Below, piece by piece: positions 36,801 through 49,985 of a DNA stretch of 64,000 bases. The stretch comes from Octopus sinensis (lineage: Eukaryota): NCBI RefSeq assembly GCF_006345805.1, contig NC_043000.1:116064001-116128000 (forward strand), read 5' to 3'. Below the pieces are notes generated by a model. It worked only from the letters and a program-made list of their open reading frames with translations, did no database searches and was not told where the DNA came from. Position 1 is the first letter of the stretch. Every line of letters begins with the position of its first letter. Made by a program: the position numbers and the translations under genes.

Positions 36801-38560
36801 GATGCCTTGGGCATTAAGCAGAAATGTTGAGGCGAGAGTGGATGGTTTTAATTGTTTTGGTGATTTGTTTATTTGATTGCTTTTTAATGGCATGTGTAGT
36901 GGGGTAATAGTGGTGGATGGCGGTGGGTGATAGCTCGGATGTTTTTTCCTCCAGTTCTTTTGCTAGATTCATTATAGCTAAAAAAGAGGAAGAAGAGGTG
37001 GTTTCCTGTCTAGGAACCGCAGGTGACTGTGCCGCGGCTATTTTTATGTGGGGAGTGGTTATCTTTAAATGTCCGACGAGTCCCGGGAGATGGGTAAAGG
37101 GGAATCCTGTGCAAGCACAATCTGTCTCGCTGGGAATAGCGGCAGATTTGGGATTCCTTGTTTGAGATATTGGTGGTTGTGGTGATTTTGTATTATGGTG
37201 GTTGCTGTTGTAGTTTGTGGGGATAGAGCGTTTTGTTCCAGGTAAATGGGTTGAATTTGCAGTCTCTATCAGTGCACAGTCTATGGCGAATAGAGAATAT
37301 CGGCAAATGATGGGGTTTCGAGGGGTGTGTAGGTGCGTGTGTGGTGTGAGCTGTGGAATGAAAGGTGTAGATGATAGTTTGTTGAAGTTTTGGCGACTTT
37401 GTGACCTGTAGGAGGTTAAATTCCTTGAGATAGCATTAGTGTAGTAGCTGTAGTGTAGTAGTAGTAGGGTAGAAGAGATGTTGACAGTGGTAATGATTGA
37501 GGAGGTCGATTCCAAGACAAAGATGTTTGTCGATATAAGTGGGAGTAGTCTAGTAGTAGTAAGCAGAGGATATGGTGTTGACAATGATGATGATTGAGCT
37601 GCTGGGGCAGTGAAAGGAAGGGGTGGTGCTTCCTGCTGTGTGACCCTGATGACTGGGGGTCAATCGTTCATTTAGCAAATCGGCCATTGTAGATGAATCA
37701 AGGAGTGGTTCATCCTGTTGTTGTTGTTGAGGTTGTTGTTGTTGCCTCTGAGGTTGTTGCTGCTGAAGTTGTTGTTGTTGCTGTAGCTGTGTTGTTGTTG
37801 TTGCCGCTGAGGTTGTTGTTGTTGAGGTTGTTGTGTTGTTGTTGCGCCGGTGATGCGTTCGAAGAGAAAAACACATCTCAGTTTATCGAAGTGTTTATTT
37901 ATTAATTTAAAGAACTTCGATTTGTTTAATTTATTTTGGATCTGCTGTTCAGATCGAGTTTGAAAATGGTGTGAACTGTTCGTTGGCAATTTCGTTCAGA
38001 CACGAAGCACCTATGCTCTCTGTTCGGTAAGGCCATGCATGTGTTGATAAGAACGTCGACTTCATTATCAGACCAGTTTTGTTGGATTTTGGTGGCTGGT
38101 AGCCATTCTGGTTGATATGTTTTATTAAATTTGATTTTGTTCGTTCGTTTTGTTGATTACTTTTAATAATTATTATTTATTTTATTTTTTAAGGAGAAGT
38201 ATAAGTATGTAGAATTGATTGTACAGAATGTTGTTGTAATACTGAGAAGTTTGTATTTGAATTATGAGCTTGTAGTTATTTTATCTTTCTTTTCTTTTCT
38301 TTTTTTTTTTTCCTCTTTTTTCTAATTTTTAATGTGTGGGTGATCCTTTAGTTATCAGAAGGTGTTGAAAATATTGGTCGTTTGAAAATTATGAAAATAG
38401 TTTGTGGTTAAGAAAAGTTTACTCACGAGTGGGAAAAAAGCGTGGTTTCAAATATACAGGAATATATGTGATGGTCAATTACGACCGAATGTAGCTGTGA
38501 AGCTTGCTGCTGACCGGGCGCAGAGAGGAGTAAAAAACACGTCTTATCGTCTCAGCTTAC
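33804..38560 (-). mobile_element. Probably full-length but frameshifted CR1/L2-group LINE (ORF1 + APE-RT ORF2)
   Basis: APE FLLNAQG..LTETHL..RADRVGRRKGGTAIYV (36570-36893), GD-x-x-FP, LSDH; RT SAVGPD, NYRPISLTSH (35184-35429), VPQGTVLGP/FADD region (34760-34870); 3' end TTCTAAGTTA x2 (33804-33823); putative 5' UTR to ~38560. Confidence 0.9.
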
Positions 38561-38624
38561 AATTATATATATCTTATCGTCTCAGCTTACAATTATATAG
38601 CTTACAATTATATAATAGATATAT

Positions 38625-38840
38625 ATATATATATATATATAGATATATAGTATGTATGTATATATTATATATATGTATGTATGTATATATATATAGTATG
38701 TATGTATATATATATATGTATGTAATATATATATGTACGTATGTATATATGTATGTTATGTATATATATATATGTATGTATATAATATATGTACGTAGTA
38801 TATATGTATGTATGTATATATATATATATATGTATGTATG

Positions 38841-38875
<35 letters not shown>

Positions 38876-39195
38876 GTATGTATATATGTATGTATGTATA
38901 TATATATATATATGTACGTATGTATATATGTATGTATGTATATATATATATATATGTACGTAGTATGTATATATGTATGTATGTATATATATATATATAT
39001 ATGTACGTATGTATATATGTATGTATGTATATATATATATATATATGTACGTATGTATATATGTATGTATATATAAATGTACGTATGTATATATGTATGT
39101 ATGTATTTATGTATATATGTATGTATATATAAATGTACGTATGTATATATGTATGTATTTATGTATATATGTGTGAATGTATGTATATATGTATA
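38625..39195. repeat. Compound (AT)/(TATG)/(TACG) microsatellite
   Basis: Direct inspection. Confidence 0.95.
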
Positions 39196-39197
39196 TA

Positions 39198-39800
39198 TGT
39201 TTGGGAGTAACTGTGGACAACAACATAAGCTGGGCTACACATATAAGCAGCAAAGTTGACATGGCCCGCCGAATGTGTTCCTGGATTCTCAGAACCTTCC
39301 AGTCGAGAGATTCCCATACCATTATCCTTCTCTTCTCCAATTTTGCCCGACCTCACTTTGATTACTGCTGTCCACTGTGGTCTCCCTACACAAAACGGAA
39401 TATTATGAAAGTTGAAGCTCCCCAAAGGTCAATCACGAAAAAGATAGATGGCATGTCAGACCTCGACTACTGGGGTCGACTGGAAAAGCTGAAACTGTAT
39501 TCACTCCAACGGCGCCGTGAACGCTACATTATCTGTATGATGTGGAAAATATTCCATCAGCACTGTCCAAATGATGTTGGTATCACCTTCAAAATACATC
39601 CAAGACTTGGACCCCGTGCCATTCGTCCACAGCAAAAATCTAAATCGCATCTCATAACAACAATACGGCACAATTATTTCACCTCAATTGGACCCGCTCT
39701 CTTCAACATTACACCAGGACACGTCAAAACAGAAACTAACCACACAAAATTCAAGAAGTCTTTGGACAAATTCCTTCAAACAGTCCCGGACAAACCACAT
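39198..39800 (+). mobile_element. Partial copy of the same CR1-group LINE in opposite orientation
   Basis: Approximately reverse-complementary (~90%) to 33945-34550; ARPHFDYCCPLWSPY...LKLYSLQRRRERY. Confidence 0.9.
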
Positions 39801-39819
39801 ATGTATATGTCAAGTCCTC

Positions 39820-40070
39820 CTTAAAGGCCTGTGATATGCAGGACACTGACTGGGACAGCAATGCTTGTCATCGCCACAGATGGAGGATTCAGGTTAAGGA
39901 GGGGGACGGCACTTTTGAGAGAGCACGTATTCGACATGTAGAATTTAAGCGTGCTGCTCGAAAGCGCATGGCTAGAGGAGTGAATGGGGAAAGCTTGGTT
40001 TGCAATGCTTGCAGTCATATATGCTGGTCAAGAGCAGGGTCATTAGCGACCAATGGAGACGCAGATGCAA
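39820..40070 (+). mobile_element. RTE-clade LINE 3' fragment
   Basis: WDSNACHRHRWRIQVKEG..FE..R....KRAARK...LVCNACSHICWSRAG matches the RTE C-terminus W..A.DR..WR..V..G...FE...C..C.R.C.SR.G. Confidence 0.8.
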
Positions 40071-40223
40071 AATATATGTTAGTCCTAACAGTCACAATGT
40101 TCCTAAAGGTCAGCAATTGTCTTCCTCGGTTACGAGTGGACGGCCATCATTATGTATGTATGATGTATGTATGTATGTATGTATGTATGTATGTATGTAG
40201 ATAGGTAGGTATGCATGCGTGCA

Positions 40224-40485
40224 TAAGGGTACTCTGAAATGTTCAAAGGCTACCTGTGAAGGACTAATGCTAGAGCTGTAAATTTACATCCATTGATTTC
40301 AAGTAACTTTATGAACAACTGCGTTGTTCCTTTCCAGGTAAATTGACATCTGACTCTTAAAAGATTTCCAAAGTAATTAGTAGCGACTTCTCTTGATAAT
40401 GGACAAAATTTGGCATCGTTGTGCTATCAAGTGCCGGCAGAAAAAGGCTTTACCACCCTGCGACATTCATGACGACTTGGTTAAT
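40224..40485 (+). mobile_element. Mariner transposon 5' fragment truncated by a SINE
   Basis: TIR-like TAAGGGTACTCTGAAATGTTC; ATG at 40399 gives MDKIWHRCAIKCRQKKALPPCDIHDDLV, like the mariner N-terminus (RxVIKYL.KKG..P..IH.DM). Confidence 0.7.
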
Positions 40486-40489
40486 ATAT

Positions 40490-40795
40490 TCTTTTCTACT
40501 CTAGATACAAGGCTCGAAAATTTTAGGGAAGGTGCAGTCGATTAGATCGACCCCAGTACACAACTGGTACTTAATTTATCGATCCTGAAATGATGAAAGG
40601 GGAAGTCGACCTCGGGGGAATTTGAACTCAGAACGTAACGGCAGACGAAATACCTATTTCTTTACGACCCACAAGAGGCTAAACACAGAGAGGACAAACA
40701 AGGACAGACAAACGGATTAAGTCTATTATATCGACCCCAGTGCGTAACTGGTTGCTTATTTAATCGACCCCGAAAGGATGAAAGGCTAAGTAAAC
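40490..40795 (-). mobile_element. SINE family A dimer
   Basis: Two bodies with a junction at ~40653. Confidence 0.85.
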
Positions 40796-42404
40796 CATAT
40801 ATTATATATATAATATAGATATATATATATATAATATATATGATATATATTTACTCATATAGGTATGTATATATATAAATATATACTACATAAATATTAC
40901 TATTATAAACAAACCCGAAAGGCTTTGCGACGTACAGAGATAAAGCTACTATGGAAGGCTTATAGTATAATAACCGTATATAATATATATCATTATGATA
41001 TTTATTCTCAGATTTGTAAAGACAATTTTTAAATATAATCAAATGACCGAAAAATGATGAGCTAACCTCAGGCTGAATCGAACTTACAAATCGACGCTTA
41101 CATGCCTACTTGCGAGTCTGATTGGCCAAACGCTCACCCATAAAATTCGGTCATATAAGTATATATATATGTGTGTGTGTGTGTGTGCGTGTTGTATACA
41201 TACATATTGTGTCTCTATACCTGTGTACTTTGTTACTCTAATGACTTTTAGCTTAACCAAATTTAATTTAAATGAACATATTAATTAATTAATTTTTTGT
41301 CTTTATTTGCTTTCACTCTTTCAAGTAGTGAATTTTTAGAAAAATTTCGAAACGTGTTTGAATTATTGCATTTGAAATAGAAAAACCTTCTCTCGAAGTG
41401 TGAAAACTCTCTTCATTAAATCCACTTCTATCTGGATTTATAGCGTGCTCTTATAAAACTTTTCGCATTAAATCGATTTGAATAGGGAAACAAAGCCACT
41501 CACTGTCACTTTAGAAAATAAAACTGTTTGTCTAACAATATTTTTTTCAGGTAAATGGTTATTAGTTTTAAACGTATAAATAACTCTGCTTTAAACTGAT
41601 TAATGGGACCCATTTTTGTATGAAAGGCATGTGACGTTTGGCGGTGTGATTTAGGTCCGAAAAAAAAAGGCGATGTGGTAAAATGCAAAAGAATTTCCTT
41701 TCAATTGGACTACGCATGAAATTTGAATATAACAGCTATTTCACAAAATGGTTTAGAATCACATACTGCCTAGGTTCCCTGGAAACATATCACACGCTCA
41801 TATTACGTCAAACACGGTATGATGTATGATAAATAATTATATATTTGAGGTTATACACTCATATCCTACAAAAACAAAAGCACCTGAATATTTAACAAGT
41901 AATATGTTGAAATACTACAATAGTAATGCTTCGTTTAAAATATGAAATCTGCGTTCGTAAAAAACACCAATATGTGTTTTTCTCTCACCACATGACAGAT
42001 GTATTAAGTGAAAACTTTTTCGATATACCAGAAACACATAGACACATCTGTCTATCAGATCTGTGTTTATAGTATTTTATCGTGGAATGAAAGCTTTGAA
42101 ACATCCTTAGAACTGCTGGGATATTGGTGTCTGTTGGTCATAAACGAGTTGGTAAATTTGTATAGTAATCACTGCGGTGTTGTTGTTGTTGTTACTACTA
42201 CTACTACTACTACTACTACTCGTTTCTGAAGAAAAGACATTTTTTTCCTGTTTTCTTCAAGCAAGAGATATGTATATTTACAAATCTGCATCACATTCTT
42301 TACCCTTACTAACATTATTAAAGACACCCTCAGACAAGAGACGCCCTTGTATAGTCGAGGCTCGTTGTATAATTTTGTAATATTTTCTGAAACGTTATGG
42401 TGGC

Positions 42405-42810
42405 AGAAACGTTAGCAGGTCGGGCGAAATGCTTAGCGATATTTCGTCTCTCTTTACATTCTGGGTTCAAATTCTGCCGAGGTCGACTTTGCCTTTCATC
42501 CTTTCGGGGTGGATAAATTAAGTAACAGTTGCGTTGTGGGATCGATTTAATCGACTGGCCCCCCTCCCCCAAATTTCGGCCCTGTGCCTAGAGTAGAAAA
42601 AAATATTTTCTGAAGCGTTATAGCGGTAAGCTGGTAGAATCGTTAGCGCGTCAGGAAAAATGCTTAACGGTATTTCTTCCGTCCGTACGTCCTTAGTTCA
42701 AACTCCGCCTACGTCGACTTTGTCTTTTATTCTTTTGGGGTGGATAAAATAATCACTAATTGAACACTGAGATTCATTGTAATCAACATAAATTCCCCCC
42801 AAATTGCTAG
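42405..42810 (+). mobile_element. Two tandem SINE family A copies
   Basis: Heads at ~42405 and ~42625 with the family A body. Confidence 0.75.
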
Positions 42811-43524
42811 TTTGTGAAAAAATGTGAATTAATATTTTCTGGTGCGTACCAATGTTTATCATCGTAGTTTTTCTGTTAAGAGCTTTTCAGAAATGTGTGT
42901 GTATTTCCTTATCTTTGACAATTATGACAATGACACGTTAATTATGATTAATCCTATAAATAATTATCTACAATAATCCTTTCTACTCCAGACACAAAGC
43001 CTGAAATTGGGGTGGAGATGATAGTCGATTACATCGACTCCCGTACTCAACTGATACGTAATTTATCAACCCGGAAAGGATAAAATGCAAAGTCGACCTC
43101 GCTGGAATTTGAACTCAACAATAAGCAAAAATAATTACAGAGTCTCAGTAAATAATGAAGCCTGATCTGAAAATTGCCGTCGTTCGTCTCCTGCGAAGGC
43201 AGTATCCTCTGAGTGTTGGAGAAAATGGTGCGTTATATCTATCCTCTCATTTTACGATTTGACTTCAAATTCTGCCAAGCTCAACTCTGCTTTGTATTCT
43301 TTGAAGGTCGTCATAATAAAGTATAAGTTAAGAACTGGGTAAACAGAATCGACTAACTTTCTTCTTACTTATTTCCTAGATTTAATCCTAATTCAGAAAG
43401 AATTTCAAAAAATTGTTTGAGAGTCGGAAAGAATGTTTCATGGTATTTTTTCCGGTTCTTTACATCTTGCATTCAAATGTCGCCGTGGTTAACTTTGCTT
43501 TTCAGTCTTTTTGGGTTCGAAGGC

Positions 43525-43730
43525 GGAGAGCTGGCAGAAACGTTAGCACGACGGTCGAAATGCTTAGCGATATTTTGTCTGCCGTTACGTTCTGAGTTCA
43601 AATTCTGCCGAGGTCCACTTTGCCTTTCATCCTATCGGGATCGATAAATCAAGTACCAGTTGTGTACTGGCGTCGATTTAATCGACTGCCCCCCTAAAAA
43701 ATTCCAGGCCTTGTGCCTAGAAAAGAATGT
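43525..43730 (+). mobile_element. SINE family A
   Basis: GGCGGAGAGCTGGCAGAAACGTTAG head, B box GAGTTCAAATT. Confidence 0.85.
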
Positions 43731-43821
43731 TTTGGGGTTTAATGACATAATGTACCAGTCTAATACTGAAGCCAATTCAACCGTATGAAAAACATTGCGC
43801 TCCCCCTGCCGGAGCCTAGTG

Positions 43822-43935
43822 GAGCTTTAGGTGTTTTCGCTCAATAAGCACTCACAACACCCAGTCTGAGAATCGAAACCGCGATCCAACGACCACGAGT
43901 CCGCTGCCCTCGCCACTGGGCCATTGCATCTCCAC
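43822..43935 (-). mobile_element. tRNA-derived SINE family D head
   Basis: Minus strand GTGGAGATGCAATGGCCCAGTGG...GGTTTCGATTCT; second, longer copy at 57905-58262. Confidence 0.7.
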
Positions 43936-44522
43936 GAATCATTAGTATATATTGATAGATTATAGCACATCGATCTTCCAACACGTTTTCTAAAAGATTT
44001 TAAAAAATTTCGTCGTATGTTCAATATATCGAAATGGAAAAAAATAGCAAAACAACAACATAAAAAAAACACAACAAAAAAACAAAAAAAGGAAACTAAT
44101 ATTTCTCAGATCTCAAAGAAACAATATATAAACACAACTGGCAAGATAATCAATGATGTTTTTGCTCTCATACATCAAAAAGCATTTTATGTGGAATATA
44201 TTATGGCGGCAGTACAGAATCATAAAATTTATTCCAGTCGTTTAGCTTTTACATTACATATTACGAGATAATTTGCATATCCTGTTTTACGCTTATTTTA
44301 TTACATACAGTGCAGCTCGGAGTTAATTTCTCTGTGAAATGATGTGCATTAACTACTACAACTCTTGGCATATATATTCCCAGATTACAATTTATTTTGA
44401 TGAGAATTTTGCAATTAATTTTAGGCATTGCTTTGCATCATCCTTTGTGACAATGGTTTATTGTTCTATCGTAAATCCAAATCGCATAATCTAGCACAAT
44501 ATTTCTTTATATAATATTTCTT

Positions 44523-44565
<43 letters not shown>

Positions 44566-44586
44566 TACAGCGTACATTTAAACAGA

Positions 44587-44803
44587 TAAGAGGTAACCAT
44601 AATAGGATACCTGGCATGCTAGAAGCAATAGCCAAAATTCAAACCACTATTAAGGATAAATTTGGAAGGGAATGAAAAATAAAAAACATTTACTATCATT
44701 TACATTTATATTTTTCATTCCCTTCGAAATTTATCTCCAAAAGTGGTTTGTATTTTGGCTATTCCTTCTAGCGTGCCAGCTATCCTATGATGGTTATCTC
44801 TTA
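44587..44803. mobile_element. MITE/foldback with ~95-bp inverted arms and a short spacer
   Basis: 44587-44681 vs reverse complement of 44709-44803, roughly 88% identical. Confidence 0.8.
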
Positions 44804-44924
44804 CGTATTTCAATGTTCACTGTATTTATATGAATAGTATATAGACTATTGAGTAGTTTTTCTACACGCTAGGCCACTGGTAATAAACATTTCTAAACTT
44901 TTTTCTTACCCTGATATAATTAAT

Positions 44925-44971
<47 letters not shown>

Positions 44972-45599
44972 CACTCTCGGAGTGGTTGGCGTTACGAAGG
45001 GCATCCAGCTATAGAAGCTCTGCCAAATTATATTATGCAACAGGAGGTTCTGATGTAAATGAGATTGTAATATATAATTTCATATATGTATAGACGCCAG
45101 GAATTGGAATCGCACCAATTCATAATGAAGTGTAACTGGTTATAAGAAATCCATACAAGATGTGGTTCTATTAATAACGATTTTAACAACGTTTATTTCG
45201 AAAGACATAAAAACGATTTACTTCTAAACTAATAAGTAGCTTCCCAGTGATATATAGAGTGATAATTCAAATGAAACTCACCAATGCTATAGAGGATCAA
45301 TGTGTGCTCCCGAAGTTATTAATAACAAATGGCGTAACTGATTTATAAGTGGATAGGATATACATGCTTACGTAGCAACTTATAAATTTGTAGTTAAGGA
45401 TTAGTAGAATCGTGTGGCTATCACAGCAAGCTCTTCTAACGGACTCAGCTAACAAACCACACAGTAATCTAATAGAGAGGAGTATAATGCAGAGTTCCAT
45501 GCAAATTAGATCCAGAAGATCCGATGGCTGAAATTATTTCTTGAGGAATAAATAAGCCATGTAATGTTAGGAGGTATCAGCGGTGAAGATATTTATTTG

Positions 45600-47210
45600 A
45601 TCCCTTTTAAACGGTTGACGTACACAATGTACATGTTTTAAACAGGTCGACGTAATTATACGCTGCCTGACTTAGAACCTGTCGCCTGAGTCAGTACCGG
45701 TCCACCTGCCAACTGACTGGCCGATTAGATGCTTCATGTAAATATTTATAAACCAGATAGATTTGTCGTTTGTCTCCGGCTCTGTCAACTCCGCCGTCGC
45801 ATCCTGTTTTGTTGAATATAAGGTCGTTGCCCCCTACCACTCTAACTCCGTCAACTTCGCCGTCGAGTTTAGAGTCGCCGCGCCAAGCTAGACCAAGCTC
45901 CCCTTTCTCACCAGGTGTTTCTTCCGGTCCGAACTACGACACAGAGAATGAGTATTTTCCTAGTTCAGAATCAGATGATTCCGATAGCGATGATGATATT
46001 CCGGGGAATCAAAGGGACAGGTGGGTAGTAGAGAATAGCCCTGGACAACAGAATCTCGGGTGGCGAGCGAGAGACAATTTCGTCCGACGGCATGAGTTTA
46101 GTGGTATGCCTGGTAGGCCGGAAACGATGTCACTTGGTTGATTATTTTTCACGCTTTTTCGAAATCTTTATTTCAACTCAGGCGAGAACCAGGAAAACAG
46201 GCTGCACAAAATACGATTTATCGTTGACGAAATGGCTGAAAATTTTAGCACGGTGTTTGTCCTCACACAAGGCTTTCGTACGGACGAAAATTTGTGGAAA
46301 TTCGAGGGAAGGCTCCGATTCAAACAATACAACCCGACCAAACGTCCCCGCTTTGGAGTCAAGGCCTACAATGTATGCTAGTCAACTGGTAGATCCCGTG
46401 GCTATATGTGGAATTACAAAATCTACAATGGTGAGGACAGATTGGATCTTCTAGCGTCTACACCAGCATCAACTGATGATATGTTGTTGCTGAATGAAAA
46501 CTTGTTTGACAAAGGCTTCAATATTTATATTGACAACTGGTTTTCCAGTTGAGACCACTTCCTGAAGCTGCAGGCGAGGAAGACTAATGCCTGTGGGACT
46601 GTGAAGACGCACAAGGAAAACACAAGATAAAACTTCGAAAGGGGGAAATAGCGGACCGAATACTTTCTCCTTCTAGTGTGGCGTGACAAGGAAAAAGATT
46701 TACATGCTATCCACAATGCATTCTGCAAGCATGAAGGACACTAGGAAACAAGATGCGGACGGTAATGCCATAATGAAGCCGAGTGTAATTGTTTTATACA
46801 ATGAAGGGATAGGTGGGTTCGATCGCTCACATGAGCTGGCGACGGCACACAAATGGGTGACAAAATTTGTGAAATGGTACAAACATTATTTTTTTTGTAT
46901 ATAATTGACATGTGTGTCGCGAATTTACATTTGCTTTGGCAGATGCTTGGCGGGGTGGGGGATGGATTGACGTTGAGGAATCTATTGTTCCGTGAAATGA
47001 AAGCAGCATCAGACCTGCCAAAGTACAAAACGCGTGAATGTCCCCACGCCGGACTCTCTCTCGCCGCATGGTGAAGGGATGCGGACATTCTCCACGACTG
47101 TTTACCCCCACCGCCAAGAAGACAAATGCTTAAAAAAGATGCACAGTATGTAAAGAAATAGGGATGCATAATAAAACTAGATGCCATTGTTCGCAATGTG
47201 ATATGCGGAA
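45600..47210 (+). mobile_element. Decayed piggyBac (PGBD4-like) transposon
   Basis: KIRFIVDEM..F...TDENLWKFEGRLRFKQYNPTKRPRFGVK, YIDNWFSS, ACGTVK, WRD..IYMLST, YNEGIGGFD, KWYK, and C-terminal HFP...CTVC...TRCHCSQCD; stops, frameshifts and an internal deletion near 46200. Confidence 0.9.
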
Positions 47211-47214
47211 AAGG

Positions 47215-47330
47215 AAAGAAAGAGTGGTTGTTTTACGTTTCGATCATAGCTCCTCTTCGGAAACAGGAGCTATAGGAAAGTCCAAAATGAAAAGGAGAAG
47301 GAGGGAAATAATTGCCAACATTGCACGTGT
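47215..47330 (-). mobile_element. Family H2-related element with hammerhead-like motif
   Basis: Minus strand TGTTT-CCGAAGA-GGAGCTATGATC-GAAACGTA-AAACA (47229-47265): helix I intact, core U4 changed to C. Confidence 0.5.
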
Positions 47331-48771
47331 AGTTAGATTTTTGAAATATATGGGCGTGTATATGTGTCTGTGTTTGTCTTCGTTGACCCCTTGATAACCT
47401 ATGTTGGTTTGCTTGCAGTTTGGCCCCGATAAAACGAGAGCAATACAATAAGTATTAGACTTTAAAATAATAATTACCAGCGGGCGATTTGTTGGACTAA
47501 AACCCTTCAAGATAACGCTTCAGCACAATTGCATTCCAATGACTGAAACACGCAAATGATTAAAGATAGTAAAGAGGCTACGTGTACTATACCAAATGCA
47601 CAGATACTAAGTCTGTGAATAATTACACATTTACAAGTAAATGAAGCCGAAGTTACTACAATCACAGCCACAAAATAAGCTATAATAGTATATCATTATT
47701 ATCCGCGTTACGGTCTACAATGCAGTTATTACCAATACGCGCAGAGCTTCTACAAGTTCTTAAAACCATCGTTATCTAAGAGCACTGCGTTTATCATCTA
47801 AATAATCTAAATAATCATTATAGACAAATTAACCCTGTCAGCATCAATCATAAACTTGTGAATAACCATCAGTGTTAACACGTCCAGATTATCACTGCTA
47901 ACGTCAGTAATAACAAATAAAATCTAATTAACCAGTTTTTCTCAACTCAGCTGATATTTTATAGTCAATTATGGAATGAATCTTTAGTATATTTTTGTTG
48001 TAGTGGTTGTTATTATTTAGCTAAACGAAAACGACGAACTGACAGACACGTTAATGCATGGGACAAAATGCGCAGCGCCATTTCTTCTGGCGATTATATT
48101 CGGAGTTCAAATGGCGACGACGCCAAATTTGCCGTTCATTCTTCGGTATTGATAAAATAGATTACTAGTCATGTACTGGGGATCAATGTAATCGAGTTTT
48201 CCCCTCTCTCTGAAATTGCTGGCCGTGTGCTAAAAGTTCGGAAAAGCTATTTAGCGAAAGGATTATAGGCTAGCATTATAGTGTCAAACAAAATACCATG
48301 CGGGGTTCAGCTGCATAACTTTATCTTCGGAGTTCAAGTCCCACCAAGGGGAACTTTCCCATTCGTATAACCAGGATCAATAAAGTGATGTATTAGTGAA
48401 GTACTTGAGTCGATTTAATTTCCTATCGCTTTCTTCCAGGTCTGTGGATTTGCACATTTTTTGAAACGCTTCCTTAATATATTGGCGTCAGATTTTGGCA
48501 CAAGGCTTGTCATTCCGAAGAAAGAGGCAAATCGATTTATATCGATTCCAGTGATCAACTGGTACGTATTTCATCGACCGTGAAAGATTGAAAGCAAAGT
48601 TTACTTCAGCGAAATTCGAACTCAGGAGGTGACGATGCCCAAAATGCCGCTACGCATTATATATATATCACGTGGTCCCGCGACCGACCAGACCATCCTG
48701 ATGTTGTTACAGATCGCTGGTCACAATACGTTTTGTACCGTTTCAGTCATCAAATGACGCCACCGCGCTGA

Positions 48772-49074
48772 ATAGGTGAGCAGGCCAACGTACCCGATCC
48801 ATGATCGAAAGGGGGACTTGAGCAACGTGAAGTGAAGTGATTTGCTCAAGATCACAACGCGCCGCCCGGTCTAGCGATCGTGAGTGCGTGAAGGCACGTG
48901 GCCTAGTGGTTAGGCTCTCATATATACTGGGGTGAAGGCGCATGGCCTAGTGGTTAGGCTCTCGCACTCACGATCGCTAGACAGGGCGGCGCGTTGTGAT
49001 CTTGAGCAAAATACTTCACTTCACGTTGCTCAAGTCCCCTTTTCGATCAGGGATCGGGTACGTTGGTCTGCTCA

Positions 49075-49079
<5 letters not shown>
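48772..49079. repeat. Head-to-head inverted duplication of a deleted SINE C variant
   Basis: Arms 48772-48888 and 48963-49079 (~117 bp, ~94%); the spacer contains a doubled 30-bp SINE head. Confidence 0.9.
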
Positions 49080-49120
<41 letters not shown>

Positions 49121-49985
49121 CACTGGAGAGGCTGTATGGTAAGTAGCTTGCTTACCAGCTACATGGTTCCGGGTTCATACCCACTGCGTGACACCTAGGG
49201 CAATTGTCTTCAACTATATCCTCGGGCCGACCAAAGCCTTGTGAGTGGTTTTGGTAGATGGAAACTGAAAAGAAGACTGTCGTACATATGTATATAAGTG
49301 TGTATGTGTTTGTGTGTCTGTGTTTGTTCCCCTCACTTAGCGGTTCGGCAAAAGGGACTGATAGAGTAAGTACTAGGCTTCCAAAGAATAAGTCCTGGGG
49401 TTGAGTTGCTCGTCCAAAGACGGTGCTCCAGCATGGACGCAGTCAAATGACTGAAACAATTAAACGAGTAAAAGAGTATACTAAGCTTTATTTAGCTGAT
49501 GAGACTAAACGCTTATCTTCAGCATGAACTGGAACGTTAAGAGCTTTCTGGAATATTTTAGAGAGGAACAATTTTGTAATGCCGTTTTACTTAAGGACGT
49601 TGGTTTTCTTTGTATGCTTTGTTACTAGAATAACAAGATGGCTTGCTCTAATACAGAAACGTGTAGAAGTGGTGGCAACAATAGTAATCGTATATTATTA
49701 TAAACGCACAATTCTCAAAGCAAGAACAAACAGAAACACATTATTTACTGTCAGTAACAAAAGAGAATGAAAACGAAGTTAATTGCGCAACAGAACGTAA
49801 ATAATTGACAAGGACAAAAAATAATGCTGTGTTTTTTGACGGAAAACAATTATATTACGTTTCCCGTAATAAATAAGAAGAACCAAATACATCAGATATA
49901 CACTATTCGCCAAATGGAGAGCGCAAAGAAAAAATAGAAGTTTCCCATTGATCAATGCGGCTAACAAGAAATCGAGTTCGCTGAT

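Noticed and set aside
47790-47925. vWA-like peptide ILFVITDVSSDNLDV on the minus strand
   Set aside because: No pyrimidine tract at the acceptor, and the similarity is too short.
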